64,000 nucleotides of DNA from Schmidtea nova (GCA_044892505.1 CM097882.1:75082001-75146000); one strand, 5' to 3'. Counted from the stretch's first letter, positions 47,764 to 61,679 are shown. The notes: generated by a model not told the origin, from the sequence alone. Program-made: numbers and translations.

Positions 47764-48011
47764 CTGCATCATTAAATTCCGCCAATTTATCATAGGAATC
47801 AAAATAATTTTCTATATTAAATTGTTGAGCAAATTTTTCAGCTCTTTCTTTGCTTCGAGCAGCAACGGCAGTAATCTAATTTAAATCAAATGATTTAATT
47901 TTTTATAGAGCATTATTTTACTTTGTTTTCTGGATTTTGGAATTCACGAAATGCGCTTGTGAAATCTTGGGAAATTAGACCAGCACAACAAATACCCCAT
48001 TTTAGAATCAT
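47764..48011 (-). CDS. DHDH: Host gene, first two exons of a dihydrodiol dehydrogenase-like (Gfo/Idh/MocA) protein
   Basis: Exon 1 48011-47922 gives MILKWGICCAGLISQDFTSAF..; 46-nt GT-AG intron 47921-47876; exon 2 47875-47764 gives ITAVAARSKERAEKFAQQFNIENYFDSYDKLA, followed by a GTGAGT donor. Matches the DHDH N-terminus (WGI..GLIS.DF..VAVAAR..A..FA....I..Y.SY..LA). Confidence 0.8.
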
Positions 48012-49104
48012 TATTTATTAAATAGATTAGACTTGTTTATATAACGTTGAACAATATAAAATGTGATTTAATTGAAAATTATATTTAAATCATAAAAGTA
48101 TATAGTTGATGTAAATTATTAATTTAAACGAAAATAAATTGAAACAATATAATTTATTAATTGTAAATACGAATTGAACTTATATTGTAATTTTTTAATG
48201 CTTATTTATTTAATATGAATTTTCAACACATTATTTTTAAAGTGTTTGTTACAAATATAGGAATAAGGCCTGTCGAAAGCTCGTGATAAATTGTTGCTGT
48301 ATCGGTCGTTTAATTTTATTATTTCCATGGTTACTGTAACCTTTATACCTTCGCGATGAACCCATTCGTGTACCTAGAACTATCCTCTGATAATTATGTT
48401 GGTAATGTACACATTAGTATGAGAACCAATGAGTAGGTGAGCTTCGTTACCCAAACTACTCACTACATTCTCTTTTTTAGGATCATTCCTGTCGATAGTC
48501 TTTTAATCACTATTTTACATTGCCTATTTAGAGAGTATTCAATTATCAATTAATTTTCTCATTCCTGAACATACATTAAGGGTGATTAGCGTTTAAAATC
48601 AATTTTTACAGGTACCCCCTATGATCTTCGAAATTTTTGTCAGCGTTCCACTTTATTTTCTGAATTATAATATCAATTTTTTCTGTTAAATTATTGGATC
48701 TAAAATTATTGGATCTAAAACAAGAGTTTGGCGCTGGTTAGCAAACTCCATCTCCTTAAAATAGAAAAAGGGGCTAAACGATTCCGTAACATATAACTGA
48801 CATTATAAGCCCATGCCATAACAATTGCAGAAAAAGAATCTCACTTTGACTCTTTCGAGGCACTGAAGATTCTGTCCTTATTTGATGTTAATTAATTTTA
48901 TTTTTATTGCTAAAGTGAACAACCCCTAACTGCAACCGAGCCCGAACCAAATCACTTACATATTCAAGCCACCGGAGTACCATCATTAGTCGAACATAAA
49001 AGATTTTACATGAATGGGAATCATAAGAGCTAGAGCATTAAATTAAAACAATTAAAGAACAAACAAAATTATTTTAAAATGTTGTGTATTAGTTGTTTAG
49101 CCGG

Positions 49105-49933
49105 TGCTGTTAGTCTGACTCCTCGGTGTTCTTTAAACTAGATTCAATGAAATAACCCAACACAGAAGAATCTATTCGAAACTATCACAATTCTCTGACT
49201 CAGTTCCTAACACAACAAGTCTCTATACAAAACTTCACAATAACTTTTATGGAACTGCTTTTCTAACTCAGCGCAGGGATAAGCCTCTCAAATGAAGATC
49301 TCCCTTTCTGGTACGCTTGAAGAATAAATTTAACTTCTAACTTTTTAACTGTCACTCCTAGCTCGCTACGGGCTCTCTCGTTCGAAATTTACTTACTTTT
49401 TTCCTCGACCATTCTGGCAAATTTTGATGTTTGCCTCTCCTTTTTATAGTGCTCCTGTTGATGGATTTTCCACTCTGCTAAAGCTGTCTGACTGTATTTC
49501 CCGATTTGACATTTCCTAAATTAGTATTTATCCTTCTGTTGGCTACGCTCTTTTGGTCTCCTCTATAATTAATTTTATCAGTAATAATTACCTGCTCATC
49601 CAGACTTCCCACACTATTCGGGCTCTCAATTGTCTCGGGTTTCATATTAGCCAATTTATTCTTAATTAATTTGTTAATTCTTTTCTCTGAGGACTCCCAT
49701 TAATTTTATTTTATTATTTTTGGATTCGTCTCAGTATTTGGCATCCACCCATACCGATTTCCCCCGCTAATTCTCTGTTTTAAAATTTTTCTAAATTTGA
49801 ATTAATTTTCAAAATTTTATACCATTAATGATTTTTACTAAATTTTATGGTTTTTATTTTTGTATTTGACTAATTTTTACTAAAGCCCAACAAAAATATA
49901 TTTTCCAAAAGTTAGCTTTTAATTACCATTACA
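49105..49933 (-). mobile_element. Probable solo LTR
   Basis: TG..CA ends (reverse strand begins TGTAATGG); strong C/T skew; TATAAAAA on the minus strand; flanks CCGG/CCGA (4-bp TSD with one mismatch). Confidence 0.4.
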
Positions 49934-51252
49934 CCGAAACTAAAATACACACTTCTCCTTCCTGAATAGAAACACAATAAAAGATTTTAAGAGTTTTGCT
50001 TATTAAAGAAACTTGACGGGTGACACCAAAGTTGAATTTATGATTTAAGCGTCGTATTTAAACTAAATTTTAAATAAGGCCAACACATTCTTCTGTCGGG
50101 TTTCATAAGAGGTGTGCGTAATTTATCTCGCAGACATTAGGATTCATTAACAAATAAATTCACAGAATTTCAGAATTGGCAATGCATACCTATACATGAA
50201 TTGATTTTATTTTAGAAATTGCTTGATTCATTTTAATTTAAGTTTATTTAATTTATGTTCTTAATATCTCTATTTGTTGGGTTTGCAAAAAAATGCACAA
50301 ATAAAAGTGCAAAATTTATAAAACTTAAAAATTTTAATTGAGATAAAAACTAATTAAAATTAAGAATCAATATTTTCAAGGAAAGAAATATGAGCGGGTA
50401 GCAAAAAAGTTAAAGATGAATATAACGATTAAAATTGGATGGGAAGCCTCCAGGTAAAGGTATCTTAAAAAATTAACTAAATATCTAATTATTTATGCCA
50501 AAAGATCTTCGTTAATCCATTAAAGAAAACGGGATTGCCAATTATAACTGCATAGAGGTGGTCTACCAAACTAAAGATAATTAAAATATATTTAACCAAT
50601 CTTGTTCAATAATTGCAGTTCTTGGGACCACTGTAAACACACTATAAAACTCAATTTATTATGTATTTACTCAATAATTAGATACAGTGTAAAACACAAT
50701 AAAAGAAGAGATCAAATGTAACAAGCGCCAGAAGACAAATTGTGGCAAAAAATATTTAGAATTTGAGAAAACAGATGGAGTTAAAATTCAAAGAGAGAAT
50801 AAAGATTCGATAACGAAAAGAAATTAGAAAGTGTTTTCAAGTAATAACTATAAAGAGTAATTGTTTTTCTTAAATCGGGTAGTTCATCTTTAGTAAACTT
50901 ATCAATATTCATGAACTATTGACTGATCATTGACGATTGATTGTGATTTGTTTTATCGACGAAATGAATATTGTTATCGTTAGGCTCAAATTATTTTAAA
51001 AAAGGTGTCAGCCTATTAAATGTTATGCAATCTATGATCTTTACCCACCAACTTGCTCGCGGTCCTTTGTATGTTAATTCAACCTGAAATCAAATGGTGT
51101 GCTTTATTTTAAAATGCCACTTTTTATCGTTTTTTCCTCTTGATAATCTTGCAAAGTTTTCGAGTTTGTATGCCCACTATGTTGATATGTGCTACCTCTT
51201 GTGATTTAATATTTTATTTATTCGTGTTTATTGATTTTCATATATTATGTTT

Positions 51253-51653
51253 TTATTTTGAGTTATTTGGTATTATTGTGTATTTTAAATTAACTTCTGA
51301 CGGTTCCATATGCATTTTCAACGCATTTAAACAAATTGAAAATTTCCCTTTTTCAGCTTTAGAAACTAAAAACAAAAATATTTACATATAGTTTGAAAAA
51401 TAAAATTAAGATAAGTGTCCAAATATTTTCTAATAAATGTTAAAAATAACATTATTTTGAGTTATTTAGTGTTATTGTGTATTTTACATTAACTTCTGAC
51501 GGTTCCATATGCATTTTCAACGCATTTAAACAAATTGAAAATTTCACTTTTTTCAGCTTTAGAAAATAAAAACAAAATTATTTACATATAGTTTGAAAAA
51601 TAAAATTAAGATAAGTGTCCAAATATTTTCTATTAAATGTTAAAAATAACATT
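51253..51653. repeat. Tandem duplication of a 199-bp unit
   Basis: TTATTTTGAGTTATTT starts at 51253 and 51452; few substitutions between copies. Confidence 0.9.
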
Positions 51654-52009
51654 CTTAAGGTCATAGCTAGCCACGGATACGATGTAATTATACTTCGTTG
51701 TTTTCCTTATACTTCGCATTATAAAGTCTTACAAAAATAAATGAAAGGTAATTTTTTGAAGAAACTATACCGACAATATAAATTAAATAAAATGCTATAT
51801 ATGAATATTTGAATTTATATGAATACAAATAAAAATAAACTATAAGATCTTCAGTTTCATTCTATTTTTAGATTTTGAAAGACATTTTTCTTTAAAAATA
51901 ATGAACCTTCTATTTAAAGGCAAGAAAGACTCACTTCCAGGAGGGTAAATGAAAGACGAAGACAATAATTTGATAACAAATTGAGCTATATTGGAAAATT
52001 AAAAATATT

Positions 52010-52235
52010 CCGTATATACTCGCGTATAAGCCAACCTGCATATATGCCGACCCGCATATAAGCCAACCAACCAAAATTTGGTTGAAAAAAAGTCCAAAAT
52101 AGATGACCCGCGTATAAGCCGATCTTTTAAAAATGAAATTTTTGGTAATATTTAATTTATTTCGAATTATGCAATTCACTAAGAACCATTATATATGAGT
52201 GTATATGTAATCGGCCTATACGCGATTATATACGG
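52010..52235. mobile_element. Tc1/mariner (Tc2-like) MITE
   Basis: TIRs CCGTATATACTCGCGTATAAGCC / GGCCTATACGCGATTATATACGG, followed by TA on the right. Confidence 0.8.
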
Positions 52236-52853
52236 TAAATACTTTACTTTCATAAAACAATTGTATTAACAAATCTAAACAACTAAATATTAAATTATAT
52301 TCTAAAAACAAAATTGAAAGTTAAATCCTAACGCAATTAAGAAAACCTTATTTTAAGATTTACGACCTTTTATGAGAAGCATTTCCATAATTTCAGCTAT
52401 TTCCAAAGTATCTTTTAATGGATGTAGATCACTTTCCAGCATTCCTTGACAAAGATAAATAAATAAAATACAAAATTATAATTTATCACCATTTTTGATG
52501 CATTGAGTAACATGATTGATTTCATGTATAAAATACCAAGAATTCCTATATGTATAATTAAACGCTTCGTTTCGTCTTTCAAGCTTGAATGATTTGTCCG
52601 GTTTACCATTAATTGAAAATTGTTCAGGACTCCAGAATTCTTCTGGAATCTTAGTAAATATTTTTTATTATTTAATCATGAAAAAATAAATTAATCATTT
52701 TCAAAATAATTTTTAAATGCAGTAGACTTTCAATTATCCCGGGTTGAATTAATTGGCTGCGGATTACCCGGGATTATAAAAATTTCGAATTTTGAAAATA
52801 ATTTTTCATAATGTAAAATAGTGATTTCTTGGTAACAGCAATAATTAAATGTT

Positions 52854-53016
52854 AAATAATTAATGAATAACAAAATAAGTCTTTGCTGCAAAATTTTATC
52901 AAGTGAAAACTTTCCATTATAAAATAATCCTTATCAATCGAAAATATTTATAATCGAAAATTTTCACCTAATAAAATTTTGCAGTAAAGGCTTATTTGGT
53001 TATTTATTAATTATTT
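52854..53016. repeat. Imperfect foldback (about 56-bp arms), MITE-like
   Basis: AATAAGTCTTTGCTGCAAAATTTTAT versus ATAAAATTTTGCAGTAAAGGCTTATT. Confidence 0.65.
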
Positions 53017-53479
53017 AATAAAATAATAGGTAAGTATTAGCAAATGAAATCTGACAAATTTGCGTTCCCGCAGATTTTTTATATTTCAAGAATCACTGGT
53101 TGAAGGAAACGATAAATGAGATTTCTTTGCTGTCGTACTTTAAATAAAATGCTAACTTTTAGTTTTTTACTTTTATTCTTGAAAATTATTCAAATAATTT
53201 CTTTTTTCCTTAAACCCAGGATAATCGAGAGGCTATTGAAACAAATTAAATTATACTATGATATTTCCAGAATTTCCATATATAGCAGCGGAAGTGTCTC
53301 CATTCACTTGACTATGAAAATTTAGGAATGCAGTTCCGTTGCTTTCAAATTCGAGTAAAATCGTACCAGCAATATCAATATCTAGAAAGACCAATAATGT
53401 AAAGATACCTTTAAATTTAAATTATGTTTAATTTTATATGAAAACAAAAGTAACTGAAAGTTATTTATGGGTTTGCTTT

Positions 53480-53806
53480 CTAAGATCACCCTCCTTATTG
53501 TCCCAATTTTGTGCCTATCGACTTTTACTATTTAGGCATACGAAGAAACATTTATGATGGAAAATCTACCAAAATGCCGGAGATTTGTAACAGGATGTGA
53601 AAATTTTCTTGAAAGATGAAAGATCAATTTTCTTCAAAATACCCTTTTGAAACTCTCATCGCTGGATGAAGTGTGTGGACCACAATGAGTCTTATATTGA
53701 AAAACAAAGCCTATATATTTTTGTTGTTCTTATGTTAAAATATACCGTTCATGATCGTTTTCTTTAGTACCTATTCTGAGTACTTATTGATTGAACGCAC
53801 CACGTA
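53480..53806 (+). pseudogene. Mariner transposase 3' remnant with right end
   Basis: HPPYCPNFVPIDF (decayed HPPYSPDLAPSDF) and, after a frameshift, HRWMKCVDHNESYIEK; TTGAACGCACCACGTA end. Confidence 0.7.
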
Positions 53807-54647
53807 TATCAGACTTTTTAACAGAAAAATACAATATTTTCCGCTTAAAAATCTTTTAGAACGCAAAAAACGCAAAAACACTCAAAAAAACTCAAAATGC
53901 TACCAATTTTATATTTTAAAAATTGAATGTTTTTAGTGTAAACATGTTATTTAGACATATTAGAGTTTAGTCATATGATTTTATTTCAAATGAAAAGGGG
54001 AGCATTTTAAAGTATATACATATGGGGTTACTTATTGCGATCATTGATAATCTAGTTTAGAGATAAAAAAAACCATTATCGCACAAAACATTTATTTTGT
54101 AAAAAAAGTATACAAATATTTTACAAAATGAAAGATTTTTTTGATTTTACGTAGGCAACTGGTGTTAAACGTCTGTTTCACTCCAAAAAATAAATAATGT
54201 TTTTTAATCTAAGGTAAGTGTTTGGAGCAAAACCTCATATGCTTTGAGTAAGAACCATTAGGACTGCGGATTGTGAGTTTTATAATAGCAATTTACTAAT
54301 GTTGTTTGTATTACCATCAGTGGAACTTGTCCCGTTTACTAAATATATTAAAATTTAACTAAATAAAATTGAATTACCGTTTTTCCATATTAAGTTGCAG
54401 GATGCATTAATGCATTTTCTACTACGAAAAACCCATAAAGCTAACTGAATAGCATAAATACCGATTCCATGTAAAGCTTCAACTTTCGTAGGTTTCATGT
54501 CACCTTAATAATAAAAACAATTCATGTTTATTAAAATTTTAATAAAATTTCAAAATGTTTCTCAACATTTCCCACATATAGGATCGGACATATTATTAAG
54601 ATAATCCTAATTATCATTTATTATTTTTTTCTTTAATTTTTTTTACT

Positions 54648-54830
54648 ATTTCAGAAATTTTCATTTTTAATATAAATTATGAATCAAATTATTTTTTATA
54701 TAGCACACAAACTTTAGACAACCTTTTTAAATGTATATTTCTTGAAAAAGGTTGTGACAAAAATTCGTGTGCTATTTAAAAAAACAATTTTGATCTTTAG
54801 TCTATAAAAAATAATGGAAATTTCTGAAAT
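54648..54830. repeat. Imperfect foldback (about 80-bp arms), MITE-like
   Basis: ATTTCAGAAATTTC..ATAGCACAC..ACAACCTTTTT versus AAAAAGGTTGT..GTGTGCTAT..GAAATTTCTGAAAT. Confidence 0.65.
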
Positions 54831-55245
54831 TATATTATTATTATTTAAATAGATCAAATGTTAAATTATATATTAGTTACTTATATTTATATTTGACTAA
54901 TCTTTGCTTATTCAACAAGTGTTACGAGACGAATGTATATTCGATTTTAAGTCTTGATGTATAATTTCGATAGTTTTATGTAGGCCAGCGAAATTCTTTT
55001 GAGATCCAGTGGTTGAGAAACATAGGAATTTTTTATGTCTTTAAAAAGTGGTGTAATGATCAGAGACCTTCGATTAAGTAATACAATTAGTGTATATATC
55101 AGTGGTTCTCAAACTTTTTAAGATGAGTGCACCATAACGAAAAAATTGAAAAATAGATTTTAGCTATTAAAATAACAATTTTTGTAAGTTCAATATTTAA
55201 TAAAAAAATAAAAATAATCTTCATTTAAGATATTATATTAATACA

Positions 55246-55419
55246 AATTGTTTTGTCATTAGCAGAGTTTATTAAAATATAATAATAAGGTAACAGTGTT
55301 AAGCCTTCTTTGCAATGTTTATTAAATAAAAAATTTCGATCTTAAAGAGATCCTGAGAAAGATTAACACTGTTACTTTATTATTATATTTTAATAAACTC
55401 TGCTATCGACAAAACAATT
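55246..55419. repeat. Foldback (about 57-bp arms); further inverted partial copy at about 55705-55790
   Basis: AGCAGAGTTTATTAAAATATAATAATAAGGTAACAGTGTTAA versus TTAACACTGTTACTTTATTATTATATTTTAATAAACTCTGCT. Confidence 0.75.
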
Positions 55420-56748
55420 AATATTTATACTTTCAATCTGAGCTAGATTAACATCGTCTTCGAAATAACTACGGATCAGATTTTAATAAAAAAATTAAAA
55501 TTAAGATTTATTCTTGAGAATTCATTAAAAGAGCTTTTTAATGAAAGAATTATTCTAATTTTGTATAGAGAAGTGTTTTTTTTATTTAATAAAAGTTTAA
55601 TAATATTTAATATTTAATAATTTTTTAAAATATATTAATTTAAACAAGAACATTTTACTAATTAGAATACTTTGACTTTGAATTTCGAATTGGAGTGATC
55701 AGGATTTTTTTAAGGTCGAAATATTTCATTTAATAAACATTGCGGAGAAGGCTTAACATTGTTAACTTATTATTATAACATATTATATTAATGCGAAATT
55801 TGAGCTTGATGCTTTTTGCATATCTTCTTAATATTAGATTGCGTATTTGACAAACATACTCTTAATTCATTCTTAATTATGCTCAGTTTTGGTCTTTTCT
55901 TGTTCCTAATACTTACCATTGCAGAAAATCCTGGCTCGTACAAATAGGATGTTGAAAATTGTAACAAAATAATAATTGCTTTTTCACTGATATTTAGATA
56001 TTCCTGTTTAATTAATATCCAAAAAGAATCAAGGATTATTTCTGAATGCTTTAGTCTCTATATTTATATTAATTCTTCTTCTTAAGTAAGATTTAAATTA
56101 ATTTTATCTGGTGGATATTCAGTAAAGAGAAAAATTCAATAAATTTAGCAATATTAACAAAAAGATTAGCAATTTAATATTAAATAAATAAATTTTCAGT
56201 AATAAAATTGATGGGACTGTGGATGGTTTTATAAAATATGCGTGTGTAAATTGGTTGTTGCTAGGGATATTCCGCCCACAGCCCCACATAACTTTATCGT
56301 CGACACGCGTATGCTCTTGACTATTCCCCACTAGCCAAGTTGGTACTGCATACGGTGGTGGAAGAATGATGGACAGTCGAGCTCCGTTACCAGAACTATT
56401 CCCCATTTATCTTCCCTCGGGTCCTTGCTGCCGATAGAAGGTCTTACGCATTTACATTCTACTGATATTCATCCCACTATTAATCTTTGTGTTCTATGTC
56501 CTTAATATCTATCAAAACACTTTCTCATAACTTTCGTATTTTACTCTCCTTAGTTGGTCTTATAAGGTAATTAATCGATCTCTGCACAGGAACGGTCAGT
56601 TTGAGATTTAGGAGGGAACTGGTTACTTCAACACGTACTTATTTGGGGTTAATTTATTTAGGAAGATTTACACGACGAGAGACAATATTAAACCAACAAA
56701 CACTGTAATTTAGAAAAATATTTTATTTTACACAGTAACATTTACGAG

Positions 56749-57336
56749 CTATTTCATAAAATCCAAACTAATTTCATTGATCAAGTCTAATTCCGTTAGA
56801 GTATTCAATTTATCAATCTGGGCGTTCATGTGTCTGGCGAAATCTCGCCGACGACGTCGTTGTCGCGATCCCAATCGGTTCCTTCGTTGTTGTTGACCGA
56901 CCACGGGTGCGAGAACTGTTGATTCCGGCTGGCTGCGGCGGGGTATTGAGGGAACCTCCGTCGTAGGACTTGGCGACACGCTAGGACCATCTTCCGTTCC
57001 ATACGCCATGTCTTGGTAGTTATTCTGGGTCCATCGCTGAGCTGTAATTGGCCGGATTAATGCGCGTAGTTAGGAATCTATGTAACTCCTCGTCACGGCA
57101 TTTAAACAGTTGCGCAGCTCTCTCTGGACTGCGTCGAGCTCCATCTTCGTCTCCGTTAACGCTTCATGCATTCGTTCTAGTTTTTGTGATTGCCTTTTCA
57201 TCTGTTCTGTTGAAAACCATCTAGATTTTAGCTCTTCGTTCGCAATCGTGAGCCGTTTAATCTGACGCTGTTGATCCCTCATCTTCCGGTCTTGCATTTG
57301 GTTCATAACCCTTTCGGTGTTCTCGGTAGAATACAT
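56749..57336 (-). pseudogene. Unknown coiled-coil plus Arg-rich ORF split by one in-frame TAA (57070-57072)
   Basis: The track ORFs 57070-57336 and 56749-57009 share a frame, separated by a stop and 20 sense codons; GC content is above the surrounding DNA. Confidence 0.45.
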
Positions 57337-57574
57337 TAGATCTGAATATTATAATGTTTTATTTCACCGGTAATTATATCGACGACGGTATTTTATTTAA
57401 ATAAATAGTATAGATAACGAACGAGATGTACACCATAAATTCTAATATAATTAATTATTAGGTTTCCATAAATGGATTTAAGCTAATTCATAGAAGTTTT
57501 AATTTATTGTAATTAACTACTGATCTATTGACTAAATGAACACACTTTTACTAAAAACATTTAGTAAATTAAAA

Positions 57575-58105
57575 TCATTCATCGGCCATCTTTCCCCGAT
57601 AGGAGAATATGGTTCGGATCTGGAGATTGGTGTTGATATCGGTTGGGGAATAGGAAATTTTCTGTAAGCATGCTTTCTCGGCTTCCCGGAGAGGCCGAAT
57701 CTCTGCATTGAACACGAATCCCAACTCTTTGAATGTCGAGGCCGGAATGTAACCCCAGTAGATAGCAAAATTCGGGAATCCTTTCTCGTCCAACATTAGG
57801 ACAAACCATTCCGCGTGCCATTTTTCGAATTCTTCATCCGGAATGGTAGGCCAGTTGGCACAGCCTCGGTACCACACGTGATGACGTGGGTGATCCCATA
57901 CAGTGAAGGGGCATGCCGTTTCCAACTCCCTCCTCCAGGCCCACATTTTTTGGTGGACTTGTTGAACAATTTCGAACGGAGCAGGCTTTAGCGGACTAAC
58001 CCGGACTCGGTTCCGCTTTAGAGATCCATTTTTCCAGCCCCACTGGTTCTCGGTTCTGGCGATTCTCCGTTTTCGGTTTTGTAATTTCAGATTTGACATT
58101 TTCAT
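57575..58105 (-). CDS. Orphan Trp-rich 176-aa ORF
   Basis: ATG-initiated, GC-elevated, basic N-terminus; no domain recognised. Confidence 0.5.
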   Translation of the reverse strand: MKMSNLKLQNRKRRIARTENQWGWKNGSLKRNRVRVSPLKPAPFEIVQQVHQKMWAWRRELETACPFTVWDHPRHHVWYRGCANWPTIPDEEFEKWHAEWFVLMLDEKGFPNFAIYWGYIPASTFKELGFVFNAEIRPLREAEKACLQKISYSPTDINTNLQIRTIFSYRGKMADE

Positions 58106-61100
58106 GGATGATCAAAATTTATCACATTTATAATTTTAAACAGTGGTTGGTTAAATTTAACACTATCTCTCCTCGCTCGTTTAGTTTTAATTGTCCTTAC
58201 ACCCCTTAGGTTCTAGGTAAAAATTATGATAGGAAAACTGTCGATCGAGGTGGCGAAATATGTCTTTTACATTTATGTCTGTTCTTAAATTATCCTACTT
58301 TTACTTTTGTCTATACGGCGAATATCACGGTCAAAAGGTACGGGTTGTAACTACTCGGTGGTGAGGTATGACAACAACAACCAAAAAAAATGTTTCCTCA
58401 AAAACTCCTTCTCATCGCGCATCTCCTGGTTATATCGTTTCGTTAAAAAATCAGTGCCCTTTCGCACTCAACACGATCCCTAATAGAAGTAATCACCCTG
58501 GTTCTTGGTGTCCCATGTGCAACTCTATACTCTCAATCTTTATTAATTCGCTTTCTCTACCGGGTGTGGAGCCTCTAAGCCCCACGACGCGGACTGACAC
58601 CCTGAGGACCTATGGCTCCCAGTCGGCGCACTAATTTGCATATAATTTAGAGTCTAAAATTCAATTTACAAATTCATATGGCAAAATTAAGAAAAACAAA
58701 TTTTAGATATATGAAATATAATTAAAATTACAACATCATAAATATCAAAATTTTACAAAATAAAATAAAAAGTACCCAATTTCGTTCCAACAAGTTCGTC
58801 AGTTGATTAATATAATCGATTAGGTCTGTCTGGATTAACTGATTGTCTGTTCACTATAGCTGATCGGTCAAATTTCAAATTTCAATTCACAAATTGTAAT
58901 TCAATTCAAAAATTGACTGCTCAAAATTTTATGGGTATATTTGGGTATATCTGATCTAAAGTCTGATCAGTATTGATACTGATCAGTCGGGTCTAGACTG
59001 ACCAATCAGATTTGGTCACTTCTATGGTAGGTCTAATTATTACTTTGTTTATCTAATTAATTTTTATTTTTTAGATTAGATTCTTTCTAGGTGGTCTGGA
59101 TTTTCCAAACAATTATTTAATAAAAGGTACTTTTATTTTGTTTTAATTATTAATATTTGCATTTTATTTGTTTTTAGGTGTCTCTTATGCCGGTTAATCT
59201 TTGGAAATCTCCTCAATTCATCTATTTTTATTTATAATTTATCAGTAATTTATCTATATTTTATCTATATTAATCTTTTCTTTTAAATTTAATATTCCCC
59301 TTTCTTACCTTATTTTTTCTCTTTTTGTTTTAATTATTATATGTTTATTTCACTCTTTTCCTCTATTTGGCTGGCCCAACAAAATTAACCAAGTTCGTGG
59401 TACCCCTTTCATAGATCTGCAGAACCACTGATATGAATCAAATAAATTAACATATTTTTTGTTTTTGTTTAAAAATATGTAAATCAAAATGTTGAAATAA
59501 ACTTCATATTATGAAGTTACTGTTCAATTATCAAATATTTTACCTTGGAGCCAAAGTATATTTTTCATACACTCTTAATTTTTTAGAATGATATTTACTT
59601 TGTTTTAATTATTCTAAAAACTAAAGTATCTCCAGCGACAAATGATCAATAAAACCGGTTAAAAGTCTTTTAGCGAAATCAATTCAACTAATTACAATTC
59701 TACTAAAACTTAATTCAACTAAAACATTTTGACTAAAATCAATTCACCTAGATAGCAATTAAACTTCCAAATTGCAATATATTGTTTAAACATTTTACTT
59801 TTTCAAAACTAAAATTTTAACTTTGAAATTATAAAATTTTGAACAATTTAAATTAAAAAATTAAAAGTTTATAACAATAAATTACCCCTATAATTTTTAT
59901 TAATTGAAAATAGAATAAGAAATTTTAGAAACAGAAAAAGCCAAATATAGTATATTGTTAAATATATTCATTGTTTATCAAAAAGAATTGGGAGGTAAGA
60001 TTTAAGGTCAGGTTCATCTATTGTTTTAGTTAAAATGGCCTAAAATCAGGTTAAATAGATATATTCAACTTTTGTAGATGAACGTATTTAGTCAAATTGT
60101 AATTAGTTGAATTGTTTTAGTTAAAAGGACCTAAAATCCATAAAACTATTAAAATTTAATTAAATATTATAATTATAATATAATTAAATATTAATTTCGG
60201 CGAAATTAAATTCTAATTAAAACATTTTTTAAGTAACACTGTTTTAAAACAATCTCATAAATCGAATATTTTAATTTTTCATATCCAGAAAATGATTTTT
60301 TAAATTTTATTTATTGTATTTCAAATTAAAACTCTTAAAATTAAACTTTAAATATTTACATAAAAATTCAGACTTTGAAATTCATAAATTATTCAATAGT
60401 TTATTTACAAAATTAATATATGAGAATAGTCTTAAAAGTTGAAAAAATCGTGAGAATTGAAATACTGGTTTAAACGTAAAATGTTTTGCACTTACTATTT
60501 TTCACACGAAACCCCGTGTGATACAATTTTGTATAGGGACGGTGTTGAACATAAACATTGTTTGACAATTGATAATACATGATTTTTAAACAGGATGCTT
60601 TAAGCCGTGAAAATATACTAGTTTAAGGAAACTTATTCCGTTATTTATTCGACTACTGGATCATGAAGGTTAATTTACTTAAGTAATATGAGGGCACGCA
60701 TATACACTTAGCCCTCGATTTACATGGTTTCGGTTTAACACGATTGAAGTAATGCGGAAAATATTCCGCATATAATATAAAAATATATTGATTTTATTAA
60801 AAAAAATTGTAATATTTAGTCTTTTACTTTAGATTCAACGCACATATTTTTTTAATATAATATATAATTAATTACTAATTTTACGGTTTCAATTTACACG
60901 GCTTCGATTTTCACGCCATTTTTGAGAAACCAATCTACCGTGTAAAGCGTGGGCTGAGTTTACTGGGTTGTAGGGGAAATTTTCTATTCGTTAATAAAAT
61001 CGAACAAATATTGTCTTCACAAACGTGGAAATAGAAGTGAACCGGAATTGTAGACAATACCATTTCATAAATTTCTATTCAGGTTTAATTTTTTGATACA

Positions 61101-61679
61101 ATCCAAATTATAAAATTCAATACTCGACACTATCTGTCTCATCTTGAAATATTGAATTGAAAACAAAAAAATGAATGTCTTAAATGTTTTGCTTTTAAGT
61201 TTGTTTTAACAAAGACAATAATAATTGAAAATTTCCTTTTTGGAAAATATAAAATTGTATTAATGTAACTTTAATTTTGATATTAAAACTTAAAAGACAA
61301 AAAACTTAAAAGAAAAAAAGTTAAGAGAGTATTTTTATAATTTATTGCAAATATAACTCAACACTGACTTTATTTATCTGCTTAACCATTCAACTGTTTC
61401 TAAAGAATATTATTTATATTGAAGAATTGGGCAGTTTTCGGAACAGATCGTTTCATTAAAATGTGTCCTGTAATCTGGACATATTCTAAGTGAACCAATT
61501 TTATTCAATATCCATGCTACTGTTGTGGTCAGTACAAAATGGAACAAATTTCAAAATAATAAAAATGCAAAAATTAATTAAAATTTATCAAAAATCAAAA
61601 ATTAATATTGATTGGAAGAAATTTGTATGGTTGAACGCCAAATTAAAATACTAATCCAATTAAAATAATAAAAGTTTAG

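Noticed and set aside
7521-57072. Repeated single in-frame stops (7521 TGA, 8112 TAG, 40326 TAA, 57070 TAA) suggesting a reassigned genetic code
   Set aside because: The 3172-codon ORF has no internal stop, Trp is encoded by TGG throughout, and all three stop types occur. Point mutation in an AT-biased genome explains them; only 40326 remains a possible readthrough site.
55100-59430. CAGTGGTTCTC ... AGAACCACTG Charlie-type hAT ends that could bracket the orphan ORF cluster
   Set aside because: Flanks GTATATAT and ATATGAAT do not form an 8-bp TSD, so the ends cannot be shown to belong to one element.
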